DNA of 64,000 nt. Source: Bacteroidota bacterium. Lineage in GTDB: Bacteria; Bacteroidota; Bacteroidia; Bacteroidales; FEN-979. Below the pieces are notes generated by a model, which had not been told where the DNA came from, searched no databases, and saw only the letters and a list, made by a program, of their open reading frames with translations. The stretch lies in NCBI GenBank assembly GCA_043810345.1, contig JBDROF010000006.1:6603-70602 (forward strand), in the 5' to 3' direction. Shown in pieces: positions 25,866 to 34,933 of this stretch. The position numbers and the translations under genes were made by a program. How positions within the stretch are numbered: the first letter of the stretch is position 1; each line of letters opens with the position of its first letter.

Positions 25866-28379
25866 ATGAAAAGTCTGTCTGGAATAGTAATCATTCTTCT
25901 TTTTTCGGTACTCAGCCTGGGTCAAACCAGATGGCGTCCCGGCGAAATGGAGGCAAAAGTCTATCTTCATACGCCCGAGGATGTCACTACCCTCAAGAGC
26001 CTGAAACTGATGGATGAGCCGGCGCTTGAGAACGGGGTTGTCATGGCCTGGGTCTATCTGACGCCATCTGAACTGGAGAAACTGAAGGCATCCGGACTGG
26101 AATACGTGATTACCAATCCTGACCTCAACACCCACAGTCTGCATTTCTGGGATCAGGCCGTTCTGGAAAACTACCATAACTACAACCAGTTAGTTGAACT
26201 CTCGGACAGCCTGGCTACAAATTTCCCGGCCATTTGCCAGAAAACGATCCTTGGGACTTCACCCGGAGGCCGTGAGATGGGCATTTTGAAGATCAGTGAT
26301 AATGTGAATGTCAATGAGAACGAAGCGGAAGTGATGTTTGATGGGGGCATCCATGGCGACGAGATCATGGGGCCGGAGGTGGTAATCCGCTATGCCCGGG
26401 ATTTATGCCTGGGATATGGGAATGACTCCACTATAACCGATATTATCAACAACCGGGAGATCTGGTTGTACTACCTGGTCAATCCCGATGGATTTGCCAA
26501 TGGGATCCGGTACAACTCCAACGGGGTGGACCTGAACCGCGATGCCGGATTCATGTGGGGTGGAGAGGGATACAGTTCCGCTCCCTTTTCGCAACCCGAA
26601 ACAAAGATCCTGAGATCGCTGTGGCATGAACACAATTTCACGCTGTACAATAATTTCCACGGCGGCACCGAAGTGATCTCCCTGCCATGGAGTTACCGCG
26701 TTTCCCAGCCTCCCGACTGGGCCCATATCAACCAGCTGGCTTCTACCTATTCCAGTACATCGGGATACCCCAACCTGGGATATGGACAGGGGTGTATCAT
26801 CATGTACCAGATCATGGGCTCCACGAAGGACTACAATTATGGTATCCTGGGTCAGGTTGGATGGTCGATGGAGATCTCCATGCTGAAACAGCCTCCTGCC
26901 AGTTTGATTCCCATGTATTATAACTACAATAAACCGGCGATCACCGAGACGATTACCAGGATTGGCTGGGGTGTGGAGGGGATCATCACCGATTCCGTTA
27001 CGGGTAGTCCGGTCAAAGCGGCCGTGTTCGTCGGCTCATACTATCCGGTCTATACCTATCCGCAACTGGGCGATTACCATAAATATGTACTCCCGGGCAC
27101 CTACTCGGTCACTGTAAAAGCCAGCGGGTATGAGACCAGAACCATCACGGGGGTAACGGTCCCGGCACAGGGCTCTGTGGTCGCCAACATCCAGCTGGCT
27201 CCGGCTCCCGGCTGGTATGCGTACCGTACCATGGTGACCAATATTCCCTATTTCCCAAGTTCGGGATCCTATGCAGATGAGTCGTATGTCCCCGGCATCA
27301 TCGGACCGCCCGACTCGGTCAACTACAGCATCGGACGAAGCGGATACATCATCATCGACATGGGAGACACCATCTACGATGGGACTGGAGATGATTTCAA
27401 GGTCTTTGAAGGCGATTTGTCGCCCGAAGGTTACTACTGCCATGTAAGTACTGCAGTGGACGGTCCTTGGACCAGCATGGGTTCAGCTACCGGGACCACT
27501 GCATTTGATCTCTCCACCGGGTCCATTTCCGGGATCAGGTACATCAAGATTACGGATGATGGCGACGGGCAAACCAATGTCAATGATGCCGGCTTTGATC
27601 TGGACGGGATCGGGATCCTGACCCCTCCACTGATTGCCGATTTCATTGCCAGCAACAATACACCCTGTATAGGAGATAGTGTAAACTTTTACGATCAGTC
27701 TACCGGCAATCCAACGGGGTGGTTATGGGAGTTTCCCGGTGGAACCCCTTCCTCCTCCACGCAGCAGAATCCAACGGACATCTTCTACCCAACTCCCGGT
27801 TCGTACGATGTGACCCTGACCGTCATTAACAGTTACACACAGATCACCCTTACCAAAACGGATTTTATCAACGTAGTGGAGCCTCCGGAGGTATTTCTTG
27901 GCCCCGACACCCTGATCTGTTCATGGGAATCGGTTACGCTGGATGCGGGGAATCCGGGATGCACCTACGAATGGTCAACGGGTGAGACTACCCAGACCAT
28001 TACCGTTGATTCAACTGGTTTCGGGATGGGAATGCACTCCATCTGGGTACAGGTGACCAACAGTGAAAATTGCCAGGATCTCGATACCATCCTGGTCACC
28101 ATAGACGCCTGCACGGGTTTGGCCGAATCCCCTCTCCCCCCATCCGTCAGGATCTATCCAAACCCCAGTACAGGTACATTCTACCTGGTTGTGAATAATC
28201 ATCATGGGTCAGGAGTATGTGAGATCCTGACCACCCAGGGCAGGGTTGTTTACGCGACCGTACTGGAAAAACCAGCCGAAGCTAGGAAGATGTTCCTGCC
28301 GCATTTGAAAAAAGGCCTCTACCTGTTGCGTTTACGGTCTGACAATCAAACCGTTATTGAGAAAGTGATCATACAATAA
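25866..28379 (+). CDS. T9SS-secreted M14 family zinc carboxypeptidase
   Basis: GGIHGDEIMG zinc motif, a CarboxypepD_reg-like LPGTYSVTVKASGYETR, a PKD module WLWEFPGGTPSSS, and a C-terminal IYPNPSTGTFYLVV...GLYLLRLRS. Confidence 0.85.
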   Translation: MKSLSGIVIILLFSVLSLGQTRWRPGEMEAKVYLHTPEDVTTLKSLKLMDEPALENGVVMAWVYLTPSELEKLKASGLEYVITNPDLNTHSLHFWDQAVLENYHNYNQLVELSDSLATNFPAICQKTILGTSPGGREMGILKISDNVNVNENEAEVMFDGGIHGDEIMGPEVVIRYARDLCLGYGNDSTITDIINNREIWLYYLVNPDGFANGIRYNSNGVDLNRDAGFMWGGEGYSSAPFSQPETKILRSLWHEHNFTLYNNFHGGTEVISLPWSYRVSQPPDWAHINQLASTYSSTSGYPNLGYGQGCIIMYQIMGSTKDYNYGILGQVGWSMEISMLKQPPASLIPMYYNYNKPAITETITRIGWGVEGIITDSVTGSPVKAAVFVGSYYPVYTYPQLGDYHKYVLPGTYSVTVKASGYETRTITGVTVPAQGSVVANIQLAPAPGWYAYRTMVTNIPYFPSSGSYADESYVPGIIGPPDSVNYSIGRSGYIIIDMGDTIYDGTGDDFKVFEGDLSPEGYYCHVSTAVDGPWTSMGSATGTTAFDLSTGSISGIRYIKITDDGDGQTNVNDAGFDLDGIGILTPPLIADFIASNNTPCIGDSVNFYDQSTGNPTGWLWEFPGGTPSSSTQQNPTDIFYPTPGSYDVTLTVINSYTQITLTKTDFINVVEPPEVFLGPDTLICSWESVTLDAGNPGCTYEWSTGETTQTITVDSTGFGMGMHSIWVQVTNSENCQDLDTILVTIDACTGLAESPLPPSVRIYPNPSTGTFYLVVNNHHGSGVCEILTTQGRVVYATVLEKPAEARKMFLPHLKKGLYLLRLRSDNQTVIEKVIIQ

Positions 28380-28387
28380 GGAAGTCT

Positions 28388-28840
28388 ATGAAGAAACTAC
28401 TTGTTTTCATCCTGATCGGACTGGTTGCCTGTGACAACTCCGTGGATCGTCAGAAAGAGGCAAAAAAAGAGATCCTGAGTACCGATAGGGCCTTTTCTGC
28501 CCGGAGTGCTGAAGAAGGCATGAATGAAGCGTTTCTCCATTTTGCCGCTGAGGATCTGGTGAAACTGCAGGAAGGACGATTCCCGGTGATCGGGAAAGAG
28601 GCCCTGCGCGATGCGTTTACGGGTATGGCCGACAGTATGTACCGCCTTACCTGGGAGTCAGTGAAGGTGGAGGTCAGTAAATCCGGCGACCTGGGTTACA
28701 CCTTTGGGAACTACGAACTTTACGATTTTGCCCGCCGTGAGATCCGGTACGGTAACTACTTTACCGTTTGGAGGAAAGAGACTGACGGAACCTGGCGCTG
28801 GGTGCTGGACGGGGGCAACTCTACTCCCCGACCTGAATAA
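28388..28840 (+). CDS. SnoaL/DUF4440-like (NTF2 fold) lipoprotein
   Basis: Lipobox LVAC. The NTF2-like pattern ...GNYFTVWRKETDGTWRWVLD is typical of DUF4440. Confidence 0.6.
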   Translation: MKKLLVFILIGLVACDNSVDRQKEAKKEILSTDRAFSARSAEEGMNEAFLHFAAEDLVKLQEGRFPVIGKEALRDAFTGMADSMYRLTWESVKVEVSKSGDLGYTFGNYELYDFARREIRYGNYFTVWRKETDGTWRWVLDGGNSTPRPE

Positions 28841-28848
28841 CCCTCTGA

Positions 28849-30033
28849 ATGGCATTCTCTTCCCACGGTCACCTCTGGAGCCGCAGCTTTATCATGCTGG
28901 CGCTGGGAAACCTGATGATGGCCACGGGGTTCTATTTCCTCATCCCTACCCTGCCGGTCTATGTGGTGGAGGTACTGAAGGCCCGAACCAGTGATGTGGG
29001 ATACATCCTCGCTGCATACACCGTTTCAGCCCTGATCATCCGCCCCTTCACCGGAATCGCCCTCGATACCTGGGGGCGAAAATGGATTTACCTGATCTCG
29101 TTGCTGATCTTTACCCTCACCATCCTGTTCTATCCCATGATCACCTCGTTTGGCTTTTTGTTGATCCTCCGTTTTTTCCACGGTTTCTCCTGGGGAGCGA
29201 CCACCACCTCAGGCATGACGGCCGTGGTGGATGTGATCCCTCCCATGAAACGTGGTCGCGGCATCGGGTACTTCGGCATCTCGTTCACCCTCGCCATGGC
29301 AATCGCACCGGTCATCGCCCTGATGGTACTCAAATCCTGGGGGTATTACTCGATGTTCCACCTGGCTGCTGCGATCTCTATGGGCGGGTTGATCCTCGTA
29401 CTCTTCGTCCGGTATCCGGTCTTTCAACCTTCTTCGGAAAAGGTAAAAATTACCTGGAAGCGGTTCATCGAACCCATGGCTGTTCCCATTTCCATTCCGA
29501 TGGCACTATTCGGAGTATCGTATGGTGGGATCGTCTCCTTTATTACCCTCTATGACAAGGATCTGGGGTTGGCCCAGGCAGGCGCCTTTTTCATGATACT
29601 GGCCGGCGGGGTTACCGCATCCCGCCTCTTTGCCGGACAGATCTTCGACCGGTACGGCCCCAACTACCTCATGCTCTGCGGATTTCTGGCCAATATTGCG
29701 GGATTGCTGTTCCTGGCACTGATGCTGAACACCACCGGATTCCTGATCTCCGCCGGGTTGATCGGCCTGGGTGTCGGGATCCTGATGCCCACGTTGCAAA
29801 CCATGGTGAACAACGTGGTAACTGTCCACCGGAGAGGAGCTGCCAATGCAACCCTGATCACAGCCTTTGACCTCGGGATAGGTCTTGGTTCACTCGGACT
29901 GGGCTACCTTTCGGAATGGATCGGTTTCGACGGCATGTACCTGGTGTGCGTAGGGATCATGGTACTTGCCGTGATCCACTATTTCGCACACGTGAGGGAG
30001 TTCTATTCGAAGAATGTAAGACCGGAGACGTGA
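28849..30033 (+). CDS. MFS transporter
   Basis: 394 aa with about 12 TM helices and an MFS loop motif, GIALDTWGRKW. Confidence 0.85.
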   Translation: MAFSSHGHLWSRSFIMLALGNLMMATGFYFLIPTLPVYVVEVLKARTSDVGYILAAYTVSALIIRPFTGIALDTWGRKWIYLISLLIFTLTILFYPMITSFGFLLILRFFHGFSWGATTTSGMTAVVDVIPPMKRGRGIGYFGISFTLAMAIAPVIALMVLKSWGYYSMFHLAAAISMGGLILVLFVRYPVFQPSSEKVKITWKRFIEPMAVPISIPMALFGVSYGGIVSFITLYDKDLGLAQAGAFFMILAGGVTASRLFAGQIFDRYGPNYLMLCGFLANIAGLLFLALMLNTTGFLISAGLIGLGVGILMPTLQTMVNNVVTVHRRGAANATLITAFDLGIGLGSLGLGYLSEWIGFDGMYLVCVGIMVLAVIHYFAHVREFYSKNVRPET

Positions 30034-30138
30034 GATAGGGCGCAGGGCGCAGGAACCAGCAGGACAACCGGAACCGACCACTGACAACAGCCGTGAGACC
30101 CGGCAACCAGAAACAAGCAACCAGAAACCATTCCCAAA

Positions 30139-30842
30139 ATGAACCTCTTCTTTTCTCCGGCGATTACCCCTCCTTCCCACCAGTTCGACAAAGAGGAATC
30201 GGGACATATCATCCGGGTTTTACGACTGAAGGAGGGGGATGCGATTCATCTGACCGATGGAAAGGGAAATATGTTTCCCTGTGAGATCACTGTGTCAGAT
30301 CCGAAACAGTGCAAGGTCAGGATCCTTTCCACCACTCATACCCCCCCCCTACTTCACATGGCCTGCATATCGCCATAGCTCCTACGAAAAACATGAACCG
30401 GTTTGAATGGTTCCTGGAGAAAGCGACCGAGATCGGGATCGATGAGATCACCCCGTTGATTTGTGCACATGCTGAACGGGCTACGGTAAAATCCGAACGG
30501 CTGAAAAAGATCCTGATCGCAGCCATGAAACAATCGCTGAAAAGCTGTCTGCCCGTGCTTCATGAACCGCAACCGTTCGGAGAGCTGATCCGGAAAAGGT
30601 GCCCCGGACAAAAATTCATTGCCTATTGCGAAACAGGGACCGAAGCATTACTTCAAAAGGTACTGAAGAGGGGGGAATCCGCTTTGATCCTGATCGGTCC
30701 TGAAGGGGATTTCTCTCCGGAGGAGGTAGAACAGGCCAGAGAGGCTGGTTTCATCCCTGTCAGCCTCGGAAAAAGCCGGCTGCGGACGAAAACGGCGGGG
30801 GTGATGGCGTGTGTGGTGTTTCATGTAATGAACATGCAGTAG
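30139..30842 (+). pseudogene. rsmE: 16S rRNA (uracil1498-N3)-methyltransferase RsmE, frameshifted in a C9 run
   Basis: ORFs 30139-30378 and 30309-30842 are the N- and C-terminal halves of RsmE (...HLTDGKG... / ...LHIAIAPTKNMNRFEWFLEKATEIGIDEITPL...IGPEGDFS). The frames switch at CCCCCCCCC, 30341-30349. Confidence 0.8.
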
Positions 30843-30864
30843 GGGCGGGTTCTGAACCCGCCCC
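30842..30864 (+). terminator. GC-rich hairpin after rsmE
   Basis: GGGGCGGGT-tctga-ACCCGCCCC, a 9-bp perfect stem starting at the stop codon. There is no clear U-tract. Confidence 0.5.
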
Positions 30865-30909
30865 TACAAATTATTATTGATTACCTTTGTGTCCTGATTA
30901 CCGATTCCC

Positions 30910-31563
30910 ATGAAACACTTCCTCTTTCTGCTCCTTATCCTGATTACTGGCCTCTCCGCAACACAGCCCTCGTTCCAGATCGCGTTGCTGAAATACAACG
31001 GCGGGGGCGACTGGTACGCCAATCCCACCTCCCTGCCCAACCTCGTGAAGTTTGCCAACCAGCACCTGGGAACCAATATCAGTGAGGAGATCGCTACGGT
31101 GGAGGTGGGAAGCAACGAACTCTTCCACTACCCGTTCATCCATATGACCGGCCATGGGAATGTGCTCTTTTCGCAACAGGAGGCCCGGAATCTCAGGGAA
31201 TACTTACTGGCTGGAGGATTCCTGCACATCGACGACAATTACGGGCTGGATAAATATATCCGTCCGCAAATGAAACTGGTATTTCCGGAGTTGGATTTTA
31301 TCGAACTCCCGTTCTCTCACCCTATTTACCACCAGAAATTCAATTTTCCGAACGGACTTCCCAAGATCCATGAACACGACAATCAGGCTCCCCAGGGATT
31401 TGGCCTGATCTGGCAAGGGAGGCTGATTTGCTTCTACTCTTATGAATGCGACCTCGGAGATGGCTGGGAGAACCAACAGGTGCATCACGATTCTGAAGCC
31501 ACCCGGTTGAAGGCCCTGCAGATGGGAGCCAATATGCTGGAGTTTGTTTTTACCCAAGAATAG
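30910..31563 (+). CDS. DUF4159 domain-containing protein
   Basis: Signal peptide plus LLKYNGGGDWYANPTSLPNL...GGFLHIDDNYG...HPIY, which I recall as DUF4159. Confidence 0.7.
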   Translation: MKHFLFLLLILITGLSATQPSFQIALLKYNGGGDWYANPTSLPNLVKFANQHLGTNISEEIATVEVGSNELFHYPFIHMTGHGNVLFSQQEARNLREYLLAGGFLHIDDNYGLDKYIRPQMKLVFPELDFIELPFSHPIYHQKFNFPNGLPKIHEHDNQAPQGFGLIWQGRLICFYSYECDLGDGWENQQVHHDSEATRLKALQMGANMLEFVFTQE

Positions 31564-31671
31564 GAATGCAGGAATGCAGGAATGCAGTAATGTAGGAATA
31601 ACATGATGCACCTGTCTAACCTGTCTAACCTGTCTAACCTGTCTAACCTGTCCACTTGTCCGCTTGTCCGC
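31562..31671. repeat. composite micro-arrays: (AGGAATGC)x3, (CCTGTCTAA)x4, (CTTGTCCG)x2
   Basis: Read directly, between the DUF4159 gene and the hdr-like locus. Confidence 0.9.
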
Positions 31672-31678
31672 TTTTTCA

Positions 31679-31686
31679 TACATTTG
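31679..31686 (+). promoter_or_regulatory. Bacteroidota-type -7 promoter box (hdr-like locus)
   Basis: TACATTTG, 19 nt before the ATG at 31705. Confidence 0.4.
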
Positions 31687-31704
31687 CTCAAAAATTCCCC
31701 TCGT

Positions 31705-32123
31705 ATGGGCAAACTCTACGATCTTCTGGCAGCCGACGTGCGGTTCAAGGAGGGGCTGAAAGCCTGCCTTCATTGCGGTACCTGCACGGCTATTTGTCCG
31801 GCTGCCGAGTTTTACAATTACCTGCCCCGTCAGATCGTGGATATCTTCCAGATGAAAGATGACGGGAAAATCGAAGCATTGCTAAAAGGCGAGATGATCT
31901 AGTACTGCGGGGAGTGCATGTCGTGCGTCACCCGATGCACATCCTGAGCAGGGACCTGTCTGGCGGTGGGAGATCGAACATATCGAAGAGGTGATGGAAC
32001 GTCTGGGAGCCAACTACCTCAAGACCGGGCCGGGAGTTCGAAATCCCGGCGAACGTCGCTCATGCCAGCGATGTCATTTTCAGGTTCAGGAAAGAGATTA
32101 GCATCCGGGGAAAGTGGCGGCTG
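31705..32123 (+). pseudogene. HdrC-like 4Fe-4S protein, disrupted (TAG for Trp, then frame changes)
   Basis: MGKLYDLL...CLHCGTCTAICP...KGEMI-TAG-YCGECMSCVTRC. Sense continues only by hopping frames (ILSRDLSG / RWEIEHIEEVMERLGANYLKTG / REFEIPANVAHASDVIFRFRKEI). Confidence 0.55.
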
Positions 32124-32702
32124 GTGCACCATCAAACCGGGCAGCCACTGCGTGTGGTCGAACACATCGGATGTCATTACTCAAAAATGTTCCCTTCAAA
32201 AGGGGTGGGTGGTGCAGAATATCCCTATGTACTGATAGGGATGGTGGAAGAGTGGGGAGGTGAAGTGATCGACTATCCCGAGCGCAGGCATTGTTGCGGG
32301 TTTGGCTTCCGGCAGTATGTAGTCAGGGCAAACAGGGGGTACTCCCCGGCAAACTCGAAAAAGAAATTTGAGTCGATGAAGCCCTATAAACCCGATTTTA
32401 TCCTGACGAACTGTCCGGGCTGTCCGATGTTCCTGGACAGGTGGCAATATACGCTCAGCGAAATGGAGGGAGTTACGTATGGTGAAAACGGTGAGGGGAT
32501 TCCTGTACTTACTTACGAAGAGCTGGCCGGATTGATCCTGGGATACGACCCCTGGGATCTGGGATTTCAGGTACACCAGGTACCGGTCGAACCGCTGCTG
32601 GATAAGATCGGGATCCCTTATGACCCTGCTGAAAAATTTTTGGGTAAGGAGGGCAAGGATCTGGGTAAGCCGGCATCTCCGTCGGTGCTAAAGTTATTCT
32701 GA
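32124..32702 (+). CDS. HdrB-like CCG-domain protein (N-terminus probably lost in the disrupted stretch upstream)
   Basis: IGCHYSK...HCCGFGF...TNCPGCPMFLD. These are cysteine-rich CCG-type motifs. Confidence 0.65.
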   Translation: MHHQTGQPLRVVEHIGCHYSKMFPSKGVGGAEYPYVLIGMVEEWGGEVIDYPERRHCCGFGFRQYVVRANRGYSPANSKKKFESMKPYKPDFILTNCPGCPMFLDRWQYTLSEMEGVTYGENGEGIPVLTYEELAGLILGYDPWDLGFQVHQVPVEPLLDKIGIPYDPAEKFLGKEGKDLGKPASPSVLKLF

Positions 32703-32703
32703 T

Positions 32704-32970
32704 ATGGCTAAGACTACAGTTGTCATTGGAGGAGGAGTAGCCGGTATGACTGCCGCTTCCCGGCTGGCGGATCTAGGAGAGAAGGTGGGGATTGCGGTGG
32801 GGGAAGATCGCTTCCTGGAACCTGTCGATGAACACACCCGGTTCAACCTTACCAGCCAGCCTGGTGTTTTTCTGGCCGGTGCTAGCAAAGGGCCGCTCAC
32901 CATTTCAAATACCATAGCCGACGCCGGCGAGGCTGCCCTGCAAATTCATGAATACCTGAAAACCCTTTAA
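32704..32970 (+). CDS. 88-aa remnant of an HdrA-like FAD oxidoreductase (N- and C-termini fused)
   Basis: VVIGGGVAGMTAASRLADLG (Rossmann GxGxxG) is joined after about 25 aa to PGVFLAGASKGPLTISNTIADAGEAALQI, the usual C-terminal FAD motif. Confidence 0.55.
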   Translation: MAKTTVVIGGGVAGMTAASRLADLGEKVGIAVGEDRFLEPVDEHTRFNLTSQPGVFLAGASKGPLTISNTIADAGEAALQIHEYLKTL

Positions 32971-32972
32971 CA

Positions 32973-33314
32973 GTGGCTTCTGTGATAGAGTTCGGATACC
33001 AGGTTAACAAAGAGAGGCTCATCGATTATGACAAAAACGATAAACGGATCCTGGAGCATCTGAAAAAGCATGAACCATCCGTTCTGACCTGCATCGCGTG
33101 TGGAAGCTGCACAGCCACCTGTAGTGCGGGGCAGTTTGTTGACTTCAACATCCGCCTGGTTCAAACCCTCCTGCGGAGAGGAGAGATCGAACCGCTGAAA
33201 AAGGAGGTTCAGAAATGCATGCTCTGCGGGAAGTGTATCCTGATATGCCCCCGTGGCGTGAATATGCGGAACCTGATCCTGGCCATCCAAACCGCAATTG
33301 ATAAACTGAAATGA
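32973..33314 (+). CDS. 4Fe-4S dicluster domain protein (HdrC-like)
   Basis: CIACGSCTATC...CMLCGKCILICP. GTG start. Confidence 0.7.
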   Translation: MASVIEFGYQVNKERLIDYDKNDKRILEHLKKHEPSVLTCIACGSCTATCSAGQFVDFNIRLVQTLLRRGEIEPLKKEVQKCMLCGKCILICPRGVNMRNLILAIQTAIDKLK

Positions 33315-33796
33315 TCTCCTTCAACCTGTTTGTGCTGCCCTTCTCCCTGGGATTGATCTACCTGCTCTATATGATCATCCGATGGTGGATCAAATGGATC
33401 AGGGGCCTGCCGGCAGAGGGTCATAAGAGGTTCCGGCGCAATGCCCTGCTTGGGTATATGCACATGAGTTTCGCCTTTGGTTGGTTTCTGTTGATCCTGT
33501 TTGGAAACATCGAAAGCCGGATCTACAGCACTACGCATGTGAATCCTCCGTATTACCCGATCTTCCTGAAATTCTTTATCCACGACAAAACAGTCCAGTG
33601 GTTCGAGATCTATACCGTTCCCGGGTTTTTCAGGTTCCTGATGGATTTTCTGCTGCTGTTTGTGCTTTCTGGATTGGTCCTGGCCATGGTGAAAAGAGGA
33701 AGGTCAAGGTGGTTTGGCATGAAACGGACCACCCATTATCAGCTAACTGATAAGGTAGCGTTAATCTGCCTCTGGCTTTGGGGATCTTTTTCGTAA
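33311..33796 (+). CDS. membrane domain of an (Fe-S)-binding protein, probably split from the next ORF
   Basis: 161 aa with about 4 TM helices. It ends 19 nt after the next ORF starts, and a TM helix appears to continue across the junction in another frame. Confidence 0.55.
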   Translation: MISFNLFVLPFSLGLIYLLYMIIRWWIKWIRGLPAEGHKRFRRNALLGYMHMSFAFGWFLLILFGNIESRIYSTTHVNPPYYPIFLKFFIHDKTVQWFEIYTVPGFFRFLMDFLLLFVLSGLVLAMVKRGRSRWFGMKRTTHYQLTDKVALICLWLWGSFS

Positions 33797-34611
33797 CGCT
33801 CCCATTCTCCCGTTACTGGCATATCCCCACCGAGGTGCTGCTGATTTTCTTCCGGCACTTCGGAATCACTCCGCAAAAAGTCACTACCTCATTCACGGAG
33901 GTGGAGATCGGAGCGTGTTCACGATGTGGGGTCTGTATCGATGTCTGCCAACTTGGATCCGCTGCCCATATTCATGATATCCAGGCTGTTAATTTTCTCA
34001 GGTCGGTGAGGGATGAGCAGGTCAACCGCGATATTGTGTTGAGGTGCCTGGTATGCGGACGCTGTCAGGAAACGTGTCCGGTTGGCATCAACGCCGACAA
34101 CATCCGTTTGATTGAACGAAACAAGTTCTCCGGATCTCATGACTCTGATTTCTCCTATCTCACGGCCGATATTCCCCGTCAGGCGTCCGTGCTCTATTTC
34201 GCCGGATGCATGACACATCTTACTCCGGCCATCATCCGGGCCATGGAAGGGATCCTGAAACATGCCGGTGTGGACTACCTTTTTATAGATAAGAAAGGTA
34301 CCGTTTGTTGTGGCAGACCGATGATGCTTTCAGGAAAATATGAACAGACAGAGAAGCTGGTTCTCTTCAACCGGGAGCTTATCCTCCGGTCAGGAGCTCA
34401 TACCCTGGTCACCTCCTGCCCGATCTGTTTCAGGGTTTTCATGGAAGAGTATAAACTGCCTGTCCGAGTGATGCACCACTCCCAGTTTTTGCTGGAACTG
34501 ATCAAAACTGGTAAAATCCCGCTGCAGGCCTACCATCGGAAAGTGGCCTACCATGCCCCTGCGACCTGGGGAGAGGAGGTCGGGAATGCAACGCACCCAG
34601 GGAGTTGCTAG
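33778..34611 (+). CDS. (Fe-S)-binding protein with CCG domain (HdrD/DsrK-like), 3'-frameshifted
   Basis: CSRCGVCIDVC...CLVCGRCQETCP...YFAGCM...VCCG...TSCPICF. It ends VAYHAPATWG... where the +2 frame reads PCDLGRGG... Confidence 0.7.
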   Translation: MGIFFVTLPFSRYWHIPTEVLLIFFRHFGITPQKVTTSFTEVEIGACSRCGVCIDVCQLGSAAHIHDIQAVNFLRSVRDEQVNRDIVLRCLVCGRCQETCPVGINADNIRLIERNKFSGSHDSDFSYLTADIPRQASVLYFAGCMTHLTPAIIRAMEGILKHAGVDYLFIDKKGTVCCGRPMMLSGKYEQTEKLVLFNRELILRSGAHTLVTSCPICFRVFMEEYKLPVRVMHHSQFLLELIKTGKIPLQAYHRKVAYHAPATWGEEVGNATHPGSC

Positions 34612-34865
34612 CCAATGTCGCCGACCTGGTGGAGGTGCCGCAGGATGGTGAGGACTCATTATGCTGTGGCGGCAGCCTGGGAATCTTTACGATCTCCTCC
34701 CGGAAGCGTGACCTGATCACCCGTGATGCACTGAAACAACTCACCACCGCTCAACCGGAAGCAATCGCCACAGCGTGCCCCCTCTGCAAGAAAACCTTTT
34801 CGAAACATGCCGCAGTGAAGGTCCTTGATATCGCAGAGATGGTGTATGATGCTATACCTGAATAA
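34605..34865 (+). CDS. C-terminal CCG-domain fragment of the preceding gene
   Basis: LANVADLVEVPQDGEDSLCCGGSLG...ATACPLCKKTF. Confidence 0.6.
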   Translation: MLANVADLVEVPQDGEDSLCCGGSLGIFTISSRKRDLITRDALKQLTTAQPEAIATACPLCKKTFSKHAAVKVLDIAEMVYDAIPE

Positions 34866-34933
34866 TTTTTTAGTTAATTTGATGGTTCCATCGCAGAGAG
34901 CATTCAAATGACTTTTATATAGCTTAAACCGAT

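Noticed and set aside
31603-31704. N-terminal extension MMHLSNLSNLSNLSNLS... of the HdrC-like ORF.
   Set aside because: It is just the translation of the 9-bp tandem array. A TAcaTTTG promoter box lies downstream of it, and the conserved protein starts at the ATG at 31705.
7545-31902. Stop-codon reassignment or an alternative genetic code as the explanation for the in-frame TAA (7545) and TAG (31900).
   Set aside because: TAA, TAG and TGA all terminate well-conserved genes at their expected ends in this window (pyrF and rpsP TAA; ilvE, cydB and rsmE TAG; htpG, cydA and gdhA TGA). Point mutation is the simpler explanation.
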